The notes beneath the pieces are model-generated. The model had not been told where the DNA came from. It worked only from the letters and a program-made list of their open reading frames with translations, and did no database searches. Shown piece by piece: positions 1 to 11,852 of a stretch of DNA of 64,000 bases (position 1 is the first letter of the stretch; each line of letters starts with the position of its first letter). The position numbers and the translations under genes are program-made. The stretch lies in the NCBI RefSeq assembly GCF_006345805.1, contig NC_042999.1, positions 133,300,001 through 133,364,000 of the forward strand. Direction: 5' to 3'. Source of the stretch: Octopus sinensis (lineage: Eukaryota).

Positions 1-975
1 TTTAAGGTCGGTTGGGTATTGTATGTTTATGTAACTTGACATAGTTTTTTTACATGCATTCTTAATATTTTGATTTTTATGGATTTGAGGAGACCGTAGA
101 AGTATCTAGTCTTGCAATCAAAATGGGTTAAGCATTCACATTCCTTGTTAAACCTTTTTTATGTCTGGGAATGAGTGTGTTCAGCTTAGTGATTGTCTTT
201 GATTTACCTTTTAGTAGTGGGGTATATCTTGTAATATAGATAAGTTATCTCTTTTGTAGTGTTCAATATCCATAATAACTATTGCACTTACCTTATCTGC
301 TTCTTTAATTATAATATCATTATTGTTTTTCAGTTCTTGTATAATATCCCACTCCTTTCGACTTGTATTGGGCTTGATCTTAGGGTGTGGAAGATCTTTA
401 TAGGGGATGGTAGAAATATAATCACAAAATTTATCTAAAGCTTTATTCTTGCCTTTCATAGGCTTGTAATTACTCTTGTTTCTTACATTTGAATCGTCCC
501 TGATGTCTTTATCGTGCAATTCCTCAGTGAGGCGTAGTTTTCTACAGAACTGTGAAATGTCGTTTTGTATTTCACTGGATATAGGGTTTTGCGGTGCTGG
601 GGTAAATTTTAGGCCTTTTGACAAAATATTAATTTCTTCTATTGAGAAAGTATTTTTTTTGATAAGCCAATTATCTTCGGTTTTTCATCTTCGGGTTGTA
701 TAATCTGGTGTCGAGTACTCTATTGATTGGATCAAAAACATGATTTTTCAAAGTTTTCCTTTTATTAGTATTTATATATCCGAGGACATTTTCTTTTGTA
801 TCGATTTTGTACGTTTGCTATACTGTATTGTGTTTGTTTCTTTTAAGTCGATATTTTTTATCCATTGTGTATGTCGTGAATATTGAGGAAAGTGCAGTCC
901 AGTCGGAGGGAAAATTTCAATTGTTTTAGTTGGATTATTTCGTTGTCGAAGTAGTCTTGAATTGCCCTTATGGAA
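1..975 (-). mobile_element. Penelope-like element, N-terminal/pre-RT part of ORF (decayed, runs off window start)
   Basis: ORF 211-624(-) reads SKGLKFTPAP..DISQFCRKLRL..NDIIIKEADKVSAIVIMD..Y. Positions 1-200(-) give RYFYGL[P]KIHK with a frameshift. Both are typical PLE pre-RT motifs. Confidence 0.8.
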
Positions 976-984
976 TTGGTGACT

Positions 985-1440
985 ATAATTTCCATATTTA
1001 GGTGTTTGTCGTCCGCCCTAATTGTGGGACCTGCATCAAACTTATTGAAGACACAACATACAAATTCAAATCAGGACAGTCTTTTAGCGTAAAAAATCAC
1101 TTTACATGTTCTTCAAAGAATTTAATATACGCTAGCAAATGTCAAGGATGTAAATATATGTGGGGGGAGCATGAGGGTGCACGCTTGCATCAATATATAC
1201 ATACACACAAAACTATTTGACCGCGTCCACACACCCAGATCGCTAGCCACTACACATTCTTTATTTTCTCTCTTTATTTTCTCTCTCTGTTTCTTTTTGT
1301 GTTCCTTTCTGTGAAAGAGCGTAGGCTCGAAATGTTAAAAACTTTTTCACTTCCCGAGCGTTATACTAATACATCTGTTTGTTTTCTACACCACTTGTCT
1401 TCATCTTTTGTTTTTTGTTTTTTGTGAATTCTCCCTACAT
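985..1440 (+). mobile_element. Inverted pLTR-like PLE segment: GIY-YIG-proximal Cys-rich fragment plus 3' UTR-like repeat
   Basis: RPNCGTC..FTCSSKNLIYASKCQGC resembles the PLE segment preceding GIY-YIG and the similar stretch at 63240-63400. It is followed by a repeat also seen at 13390-13520 and 56950-57150(-). Confidence 0.65.
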
Positions 1441-1825
1441 ATACAACTATATACTTACACATAGTGCCGCTTCCTACCTCCGCTCCAACAACCTGACCGA
1501 CTTCCTGTCCACCACGCGGTCGATTTCCAGTCCACCACGTGATCGATTTCCTGTTAACCATGTGGTTTTTTTTCCAACTAACTGTCGTCACTAATATACG
1601 GTTATACCGACATTATACCACGATACCATGTGACCTTCTTCGACAAATCTCAGCCCACCTTACGGTAATAACAATCAGCTTTCATTCAAATTCAAGATGG
1701 CTGAAGATTAGCATCACCCTTGAAACTCTCGGAATACAACGAATTTGAATCACACTGTTTTGATGCACACGCACACCTACACGCACACGCGCACACACAC
1801 ACATGCACACATATATGTATATATG

Positions 1826-1912
<87 letters not shown>

Positions 1913-1918
1913 AGGGAG

Positions 1919-2006
<88 letters not shown>

Positions 2007-2534
2007 GTAATTTTAATTTTAGGTAAATTTGCCTTTTATTTCTAGCAGGTCAGACACCTCATTGTAAGGATTTGATGCTTCATCAGAAACAGCTTCGCAG
2101 GTTGTACTAATGACTCCAGATTGGCCACGTTCCCCACATAATGACCTGAAGAACTGTGGCACTTAGGACATAAACTGCAGATTGACGGAAATTATTTAAT
2201 AGCTCAATAAAATTTTAGCAGCAAATAGAATAAATCATGTTTTGAAACATGTATAAGAGTATATTATGTGTCTATGTGTATGTGTGTGTATGCCTGTATG
2301 TGTGTGTTTGCCTGTGTGTATGTATGTGTCTGAAGTAGTGTGTGTCTTTGCGTGCGTTTGTATTTGTCAGCTCGTTTCTAAATTTCCATACGCGTACTTA
2401 TTTGTAACCAAACTCCCAAATGTCCTGATTGACACTGAGTGTCATATGTATTAACGACTGTTTGCGTATGCGGATGTATGTGCGTGAGTGAGAGCGTATA
2501 TATGCATATAGTGAACGCGTGTGCATGTATGCGG

Positions 2535-2565
<31 letters not shown>

Positions 2566-2823
2566 TTATATATATATATATATAATATATATATATATAT
2601 TATATATATATATATATATACATATATACATAATATATATATATATATATACATATATACATATATATATATATAAATGTATATATGTATGTATGTATAA
2701 ATGTATATTCGTATACACCACTATTCACAATAATATATAATCACACATTGTGTGCGTGTGTCTGTGTGTATATGTGTTAACATATATTCTAGTGTATATG
2801 GGTGTATACGAACGTATTTACGA

Positions 2824-2884
<61 letters not shown>

Positions 2885-3594
2885 TTGTGTGTGTGTGTGT
2901 GTGTATTCATATATGTATACTTGTATACGTATACACATACAAATATAGATACACAGATGCCCATACACTCAGACATACAAAGATACGCATTTATGCATAT
3001 ATATATATATATGTATATGCATGTATGCGTTTGTGATTGCGTCTCTATGTGTATCTATATTTGTGCTTTCTTGTGTGTCTATGTGTCTTTGCGTGCGAGT
3101 GATATTCGGTGTATTTTCATTTATAAAGCTGACGTTGATCAAGCACTGTTAACGTCAGTTGGCGGCGAGAAGTGAACATGGATATATATGTTTGAAAATA
3201 TATCAGCACCAATGTTTTATGAGTTCTCTGGTCATGAATATTCAATCACAGCCTGTCATAATATTGGGGAAATTAATGGTTGGAAACATTATATAAAATT
3301 TGAAACAAAATCAATAACACTTAAACATTACTGACGGCATCCATTCTGCTATAAAAAGAATTAATTTATATTCTTCACCCCCTTTTCTTCCTCTTCCTTC
3401 TCTGCCTTTCACTCTGTGTTTCATAAATGCATGCACACACATATATATGCACATAGACACACAACACATACACATAGACACACATACACATATGCATAGA
3501 AATATATATCTCTACACATATATATGTATGTATGTATAAGAAAATATAAATATTATAAATATGTGTATTTGTGTGCGTATTTATTTGTGTGTGT

Positions 3595-3642
<48 letters not shown>

Positions 3643-4808
3643 TGTAATCAAAATCATTTACAGCGGAAACTTCTCAAATTACTGGTTTGGGTACCGCCAT
3701 GCCGATATACTTTTGCATATTGTTGGAATCGAAATTAAACACAAGATTGTAGACACATACAAAGATAACACACACACACATACATATACAGATATGTGTG
3801 TATGTTTAGACAATTAGTTAGATTTATTAAAGAAATATATAGATGTCTGTTTGCGTTTGTGTCTGTATGGTTATTTGCGCGCGCGCGTATGTATTTAGAA
3901 ATTCCAAACCAAAATTGTGAGTCATATGGTTCGCATTTATTTCAACATTCGCCATGTTGAATTGTCCTCAGTATGGAGTCTATCTCTGTCATGTTGAAGC
4001 TCATTCCTCTTTTGATGTTCAATTTTGCTGTTGTCATCCACTTATAAACTGTACGTAGGGGGACTACCACTACATCTTTTTGTTTCTTTGTTGTTATCGT
4101 TTTTGCTTCTGTTATTAATGTTGTTGCTGTTGTTGCTGGCGTTGTTGTTGATAAGCATCAGATCAGCTCTGGTTTACCAGGACTATGTTCAAATACTTTC
4201 TAGCTGTGGCCATCAGCTCGTTTTTAAGCTTATGAAAGGACTCTGTTACTAATATGCACGTATCTTACTTAAATCGTTAGGATATAATTGAAAAGGACGT
4301 AATTGCTTTTCTAACTGTACGAGCGACCGTACAAATGCTCACTTAGAATTAGTGCTGAACGTCTTGATCAAAGGTATTTAAAAACGGGAAAACTGTCTTT
4401 TATGTAACGCGTCTAAATTTTCCAAGCTTGTAGGGTAGAATTGGTTAATTTCTTCTGCGAGTCAGCAGTCGGGTAGACATCTAAACATGCACAAAATGCC
4501 CGGAGAAATAACAAATTCAGAACTGTGCGAGTGTCTCCTGGTTAAAAACACGTATCTGTTCTTACTTTAGGATCTAACGCTATATTTGTGCTTGAAGTGG
4601 TCAAGCTCTGTTTCATGTGTGTGTGTGTGTGTGTGTATCTGTCTGTCTGTCTACATATATGTCTCTCTGACTATGCATGTGTATGTGTATATATAAATAT
4701 ATATATACAGAGAGAGTGTGAGAGAGAGAGAGAGAGTGTGAGAGAGAGAGAGACAGAGAGAAAGGGAGAGAAATGAATATATATATACCAATACACACAT
4801 ACACACAC

Positions 4809-4855
<47 letters not shown>

Positions 4856-4967
4856 TATAACAAATGAGAGAAAATAGCGAAGTGAGAGAATATATGGTTA
4901 TTCCACTTGTAAGAACTGTTTCATAATCTTGTTAGTCATATCTTAGGTATTACATCACAGGTATATA

Positions 4968-5027
<60 letters not shown>

Positions 5028-5979
5028 CCTATCTATCTATCTATCTATCTACACACACACACCACACACACACACGCACACACACACGCACGTGCGCACA
5101 CACACACACACACATATATATAGTACGGAGATGTACTTGCATAGCAAGTGATCTGACCATGAGTCGTTTCGAAGATTAGTCTGTTGGCTTTACTTCTCAT
5201 TATACTTGTGCACATGGGTGTACACACGCATATATATTTATATGTACATTTATATATACGTTCGAATGTTGAATTCAATATCTTTTATATAAATATTTGT
5301 TCTGTTCATACATATTCTCTCCACCATTGTTTTCGCAACCTCAAATTTAAGCAAGAAGCTTAAAGTGAGATCTGTTTCGTTCTTTGAATCCCAACTAGGA
5401 ATATAATAATATATACATACATAAATACACACAGACACACATATATATATATACTATTATTATTCTATTTGTTTTAATCATATGACTGCGGCCATGCTGG
5501 GGCACCGCATTTAACCAAACAAATCGACACCAGAACTTATTCTCTATAAGCCTAGTACTTATTCTATCGGTATCTTTTTGCTGAGCAGCTAAGTTACGGG
5601 GACATAAACACACCAGCATCGATTATCAAGAGATGTTGGGGAACAAACACAGACACACAAGTATATGCACACACACACACACATATATATATATGTATAT
5701 ATTTATATATACATATATTATTTATATATACATAAACATACATATACATAAATATATGCTCGTAGCTTACTTTTTCTTTGGGGCTGGCCGTATCGGAGCG
5801 ATATCAGGATTAATCAGCCGAAATTGCTAAGATGATCCGGTTCCCGACTGAAGATTAGAGGCTTCGAATGACCCGTCTGTTTTTTTTTTTTTGTATCGTC
5901 TCTTTGTGTGTTTTTGCGTTCTCGTCTCATTTTGTAATTTATATTTAATTTCTATACACACACACACACACACCACCAA

Positions 5980-6017
<38 letters not shown>

Positions 6018-6098
6018 TATATATATATATATATTATATATATATATAATATATATATATATATATGTATATACATACATAAATATACATACACATAT

Positions 6099-6505
6099 GG
6101 GCGCAGGAGTGGCTGTGTGGTAAATAGCTTGCTTAACAACCACATGGTTTCGGGTTCATTCCCACTGCATGGCACCTTAGGCAAGTGTCTTCCACTATAG
6201 CCTCATGCCGACCAAAGCCTTGTGAGTAGATTTGGTAGACGGAAACTGAAAGAGGCCCGTCGTATATATGTAGGTGTGTGTGTGTGTGCATGTGTGTGTA
6301 TGTGTGTGTGTTTGTCCTCCCATCATCACTTGACAACCGATGCTGGTGTGTTTACGTCCCCGTAACTTAGCGCTTCGGCAAAAGAGACTGATAGTATAAG
6401 TACTAGGCTTCCAAAGACTAAGTCCTGGGGTCGATTTGCTCGACTAAAGGCGGTGCTCCAGCATGACCGCAATCAAATGACTGAAACAAGTAAAAGAGTA
6501 AAAGA
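6099..6505 (+). mobile_element. tRNA-derived SINE, family A
   Basis: Head GGCGCAGGAGTGGCTGTGTGG..GGTTC.NTCCC, internal TA/TG microsatellite, tail AAGTAAAAGAGTAAAAGA; many copies in the window. Confidence 0.8.
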
Positions 6506-6724
6506 ATATACACGTGTATATATATATATATATTTTATCTCAGTAGATGACCACAGCATCTTGTTTTGGCTACACGCGGGTGGGAGGGGGCTGTTGACAC
6601 AATCGTTTCATTCACAAATTGAATTCGGTGATACCAGTTGCGGATTCTAGCTCGCTCTGATACTGAGTGGAGTTGGTGCCTTCTGGTATCTCAAAATTCA
6701 ATATATAATCATTTATGATTATAG

Positions 6725-6843
6725 TATTCTACGCTGAAGAGAAAAGAAGTTTCGGTAAGATAGAATTATTTATTATTTAATATTTAATATCTAATTCTTA
6801 TGCTTTCCTTAGAACTTGATTTCGAAACGTACGTCCGTGGATA
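6725..6843 (+). ncRNA. Type I hammerhead ribozyme, copy 1 (predicted cleavage after C6835)
   Basis: Stem I TCTACG(6728-33)/CGTGGA(6836-41); core CTGAAGA 6734-40; stem II GAAA-AG-AAGTT / AACTT-GA-TTTC; GAAA 6824-27; stem III AC-GTAC-GT; triplet GTC. Confidence 0.85.
6755..6812 (+). other. GT-AG spliceosomal intron-like insert in hammerhead loop II (present in all 9 copies)
   Basis: Donor TCG|GTAAGA, branch-like CTAAT at 6791-95, pyrimidine tract and acceptor TCTTATGCTTTCCTTAG|. Length 58 nt; its boundaries fall exactly at the tip of stem II. Confidence 0.65.
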
Positions 6844-7328
6844 ACTAAAAAAATGTATGATAGATTGCAGTCAATTCATTCTCTCTTACCTGTTGTGTCT
6901 GCCTTCCAAATGCTGTTTTTACTGAGATCTCCCTTTTTGTAGAAGAAATAGCTATAACCCTTTGACTGCTATTTCTAAATTCGGTATGTGGTAAGGCAAC
7001 TCGTTGCTAAACCCTTATTGCTTAGTATTACTTAAATTTTCCTCGAATGAGGCTTTTACATGCCGAAGACTACTTGGTGTAATTGATAATTTTTCCAAAT
7101 TAATTAATTTCACCCTTCATTATTACGGATAACCATATTTTATCTCAGTAGATGACCACAGCATCTTGTTTTGGCTACACGCGGGTGGGAGGGGGCTGTT
7201 GACACAATCGTTTCATTCACAAATTGAATTCGGTGATACCAGTTGCGGATTCTAGCTCGCTCTGATACTGAGTGGAGTTGGTGCCTTCTGGTATCTCAAA
7301 TTCAATATATAATCATTTATGATTATAG

Positions 7329-7447
7329 TATTCTACGCTGAAGAGAAAAGAAGTTTCGGTAAGATAGAATTATTTATTATTTAATATTTAATATCTAATT
7401 CTTATGCTTTCCTTAGAACTTGATTTCGAAACGTACGTCCGTGGATA
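7329..7447 (+). ncRNA. Hammerhead copy 2 (cleavage after C7439)
   Basis: Same motif as copy 1; core at 7338. Confidence 0.85.
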
Positions 7448-7935
7448 ACTAAAAAAATGTATGATAGATTGCAGTCAATTCATTCTCTCTTACCTGTTTG
7501 TGTCTGCCTTCCAAATGCTGTTTTTACTGAGATCTCCCTTTTTTGTAGAAGAAATAGCTATAACCCTTTGACTGCTATTTCTAAATTCGGTATGTGGTAA
7601 GGCAACTCGTTGCTAAACCCTTATGGCTTAGTATTACTTAAATTTTCCTCGAATGAGGCTTTTACATGCCGAAGACTACTTGGTGTAATTGATAATTTTT
7701 CCAAATTAATTAATTTCACCCTTCATTATTACGGATAACCATATTTTATCTCAGTAGTTGACCACAGCATCTTGTTTTGGCTACACGCGGGTGGGAGGGG
7801 GCTGTTGACACAATCGTTTCATTCACAAATTGAATTCGGTGATACCAGTTGCGGATTCTAGCTCGCTCTGATACTGAGTGGAGTTGGTGCCTTCTGGTAT
7901 CTCAAAATTCAATATATAATCATTTATGATTATAG

Positions 7936-8053
7936 TATTCTACGCTGAAGAGAAAAGAAGTTTCGGTAAGATAGAATTATTTATTATTTAATATTTAATA
8001 TCTAATTCTTATGCTTTCCTTAGAACTTGATTCGAAACGTACGTCCGTGGATA
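7936..8053 (+). ncRNA. Hammerhead copy 3 (cleavage after C8045)
   Basis: Core at 7945; one T missing in the 3' strand of stem II. Confidence 0.8.
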
Positions 8054-8538
8054 ACTAAAAAAATGTATGATAGATTGCAGTCAATTCATTCTCTCTTACC
8101 TGTTTGTGTCTGCCTTCCAAATGCTGTTTTTACTGAGATCTCCCTTTTTTGTAGAAGAAATAGCTATAACCCTTTGACTGCTATTTCTAAATTCGGTATG
8201 TGGTAAGGCAACTCGTTGCTAAACCCTTATTGCTTAGTATTACTTAAATTTTCCTCGAATGAGGCTTTTACATGCCGAAGACTACTTGGTGTAATTGATT
8301 TTTTCCAAATTAATTAATTTACCCTTCATTATTACGGATAACCATATTTTATCTCAGTAGATGACCACAGCATCTTGTTTTGGCTACACGCGGGTGGGAG
8401 GGGGCTGTTGACACAATCGTTTCATTCACAAATTGAATTCGGTGATACCAGTTGCGGATTCTAGCTCGCTCTGATACTGAGTGGAGTTGGTGCCTTCTGG
8501 TATCTCAAAATTCAATATATAATCATTTATGATTATAG

Positions 8539-8653
8539 TATTCTACGCTGAAGAGAAAAGAAGTTTCGGTAAGATAGAATTATTATTATTATATTAATAT
8601 CTAATTCTTATGCTTTCCTTAGAACTTGATTTCGAAACGTACGTCCGTGGATA
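8539..8653 (+). ncRNA. Hammerhead copy 4 (cleavage after C8645)
   Basis: Core at 8548; slightly shorter intron. Confidence 0.85.
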
Positions 8654-9141
8654 ACTAAAAAAATGTATGATAGATTGCAGTCAATTCATTCTCTCTTACC
8701 TGTTTGTGTCTGCCTTCCAAATGCTGTTTTTACTGAGATCTCCCTTTTTTGTAGAAGAAATAGCTATAACCCTTTGACTGCTATTTCTAAATTCGGTATG
8801 TGGTAAGGCAACTCGTTGCTAAACCCTTATTGCTTAGTATTACTTAAATTTTCCTCGAATGAGGCTTTTACATGCCGAAGACTACTTGGTGTAATTGATA
8901 ATTTTTCCAAATTAATTAATTTCACCCTTCATTATTACGGATAACCATATTTTATCTCAGTAGATGACCACAGCATCTTGTTTTGGCTACACGCGGGTGG
9001 GAGGGGGCTGTTGACACAATCGTTTCATTCACAAATTGAATTCGGTGATACCAGTTGCGGATTCTAGCTCGCTCTGATACTGAGTGGAGTTGGTGCCTTC
9101 TGGTATCTCAAAATTCAATATATAATCATTTATGATTATAG

Positions 9142-9259
9142 TATTCTACGCTGAAGAGAAAGAAGTTTCGGTAAGATAGAATTATTTATTATTTAATATT
9201 TAATATCTAATTCTTATGCTTTCCTTAGAACTTGATTTCGAAACGTACGTCCGTGGATA
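9142..9259 (+). ncRNA. Hammerhead copy 5 (cleavage after C9251)
   Basis: Core at 9151; one A missing in the 5' strand of stem II. Confidence 0.8.
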
Positions 9260-9744
9260 ACTAAAAAAATGTATGATAGATTGCAGTCAATTCATTCTCT
9301 CTTACCTGTTTGTGTCTGCCTTCCAAATGCTGTTTTTACTGAGATCTCCCTTTTTTGTAGAAGAAATAGCTATAACCCTTTGACTGCTATTTCTAAATTC
9401 GGTATGTGGTAAGGCAACTCGTTGCTAAACCCTTATTGCTTAGTATTACTTAAATTTTCCTCGAATGAGGCTTTTACATGCCGAAGACTACTTGGTGTAA
9501 TTGATAATTTTTCAAATTAATTAATTTCACCCTTCATTATTACGGATAACCATATTTTATCTCAGTAGTTGACCACAGCATTTGTTTGGCTACACGCGGG
9601 TGGGAGGGGGCTGTTGACACAATCGTTTCATTCACAAATTGAATTCGGTGATACCAGTTGCGGATTCTAGCTCGCTCTGATACTGAGTGGAGTTGGTGCC
9701 TTCTGGTATCTCAAAATTCAATATATAATCATTTATGATTATAG

Positions 9745-9862
9745 TATTCTACGCTGAAGAGAAAAGAAGTTTCGGTAAGATAGAATTATTTATTATTTAA
9801 TATTTAATATCTAATTCTTATGCTTCCTTAGAACTTGATTTCGAAACGTACGTCCGTGGATA
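9745..9862 (+). ncRNA. Hammerhead copy 6 (cleavage after C9854)
   Basis: Core at 9754. Confidence 0.85.
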
Positions 9863-10346
9863 ACTAAAAAAATGTATGATAGATTGCAGTCAATTCATTC
9901 TCTCTTACCTGTTTGTGTCTGCCTTCCAAATGCTGTTTTTACTGAGATCTCCCTTTTTGTAGAAGAAATAGCTATAACCTTTGACTGCTATTTCTAAATT
10001 CGGTATGTGGTAAGGCAACTCGTTGCTAAACCTTATTGCTTAGTATTACTTAAATTTTCCTCGAATGAGGCTTTTACATGCCGAAGACTACTTGGTGTAA
10101 TTGATAATTTTTCCAAATTAATTAATTTCACCCTTCATTATTACGGATAACCATATTTTATCTCAGTAGATGACCACAGCATCTTGTTTTGGCTACACGT
10201 GGGTGGGAGGGGGCTGTTGACACAATCGTTTCATTCACAAATTGAATTCGGTGATACCAGTGCGGATTCTAGCTCGCTCTGATACTGAGTGGAGTTGGTG
10301 CCTTCTGGTATCTCAAAATTCAATATATAATCATTTATGATTATAG

Positions 10347-10462
10347 TATTCTACGCTGAAGAGAAAAGAAGTTTCGGTAAGATAGAATTATTATTATTAA
10401 ATTTAATATCTAATTCTTATGCTTTCCTTAGAACTTGATTTCGAAACGTACGTCCGTGGATA
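10347..10462 (+). ncRNA. Hammerhead copy 7 (cleavage after C10454)
   Basis: Core at 10356. Confidence 0.85.
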
Positions 10463-10948
10463 ACTAAAAAAATGTATGATAGATTGCAGTCAATTCATTC
10501 TCTTACCTGTTTGTGTCTGCCTTCCAAATGCTGTTTTTACTGAGATCTCCCTTTTTTGTAGAAGAAATAGCTATAACCCTTTGACTGCTATTTCTAAATT
10601 CGGTATGTGGTAAGGCAACTCGTTGCTAAACCCTTATTGCTTAGTATTACTTAAATTTTCCTCGAATGAGGCTTTTACATGCCGAAGACTACTTGGTGTA
10701 ATTGATAATTTTTCCAAATTAATTAATTTCACCCTTCATTATTACGGATAACCATATTTTATCTCAGTAGATGACCACAGCATCTTGTTTTGGCTACACG
10801 CGGGTGGGAGGGGGCTGTTGACACAATCGTTTCATTCACAAATTGAATTCGGTGATACCAGTTGCGGATTCTAGCTCGCTCTGATACTGAGTGGAGTTGG
10901 TGCCTTCTGGTATCTCAAAATTCAATATATAATCATTTATGATTATAG

Positions 10949-11066
10949 TATTCTACGCTGAAGAGAAAAGAAGTTTCGGTAAGATAGAATTATTTATTAT
11001 TTAATATTTAATATCTAATTCTTATGCTTCCTTAGAACTTGATTTCGAAACGTACGTCCGTGGATA
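10949..11066 (+). ncRNA. Hammerhead copy 8 (cleavage after C11058)
   Basis: Core at 10958. Confidence 0.85.
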
Positions 11067-11554
11067 ACTAAAAAAATGTATGATAGATTGCAGTCAATTC
11101 ATTCTCTCTACCTGTTTGTGTCTGCCTTCCAAATGCTGTTTTTACTGGGATCTCCCTTTTTGTAGAAGAAATAGCTATAACCTTTGACTGCTATTTCTAA
11201 ATTCGGTATGTGGTAAGGCAACTCGTTGCTAAACCCTTATTGCATAGTATTACTTAAATTTTCCTCGAATGAGGCTTTTACATGCCGAAGACTACTTGGT
11301 GTAATTGATAATTTTTCCAAATTAATTAATTTCACCCTTCATTATTACGGATAACATATTTTATCTCAGTAGATGACCACAGCATCTTGTTTTGGCTACA
11401 CGCGGGTGGGAGGGGGCTGTGTTGACACAATCGTTTCATTCACAAATTGAATTCGGTGATACCAGTTGCGGATTCTAGCTCGCTCTGATACTGAGTGGAG
11501 TTGGTGCCTTCTGGTATCTCAAAATTCAATATATAATCATTTATGATTATAGTA

Positions 11555-11671
11555 TATTCTACGCTGAAGAGAAAAGAAGTTTCGGTAAGATAGAATTATT
11601 TATTATAATATTTAATATCTAATTCTTATGCTTTCCTTAGAACTTGATTTCGAAACGTACGTCCGTGGATA
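11555..11671 (+). ncRNA. Hammerhead copy 9 (cleavage after C11663)
   Basis: Core at 11564. Confidence 0.85.
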
Positions 11672-11852
11672 ACTAAAAAAATTATGATAGATTGCAGTCA
11701 ATTCATTCTCTCTTACCTGTTTGTGTCTGCCTTCAAATGCTGTTTTTACTGAGATCTCCCTTTTTTGTAGAAGAAATAGCTATAACCCTTTGACTGCTAT
11801 TTCTAAATTCGGTATGTGGTAAGGCAACTCGTTGCTAAACCCTTATTGCTTA

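Noticed and set aside
2040-2200. Possible coding exon (LCPKCHSSSGHYVG.. on minus; strong acceptor on plus)
   Set aside because: Open frames on both strands, no recognisable homology, and phases do not join with the candidate exons at 3950-4060 and 4175-4245.
3126-3161. 11-bp hairpin GCTGACGTTGA/TTAACGTCAGT
   Set aside because: Too short for a pre-miRNA, single occurrence, plausible by chance.
6853-6997. 47-codon ORF MYDRLQSIHSLLPV..KFGMW in the consensus unit
   Set aside because: It is short, has no recognisable homology and is frameshifted in several copies; expected by chance.
6950-7020. TAACCCT / TAAACCCTTA as a telomerase template
   Set aside because: Not a 1.5-repeat CTAACCCTAA template, and no other telomerase RNA features.
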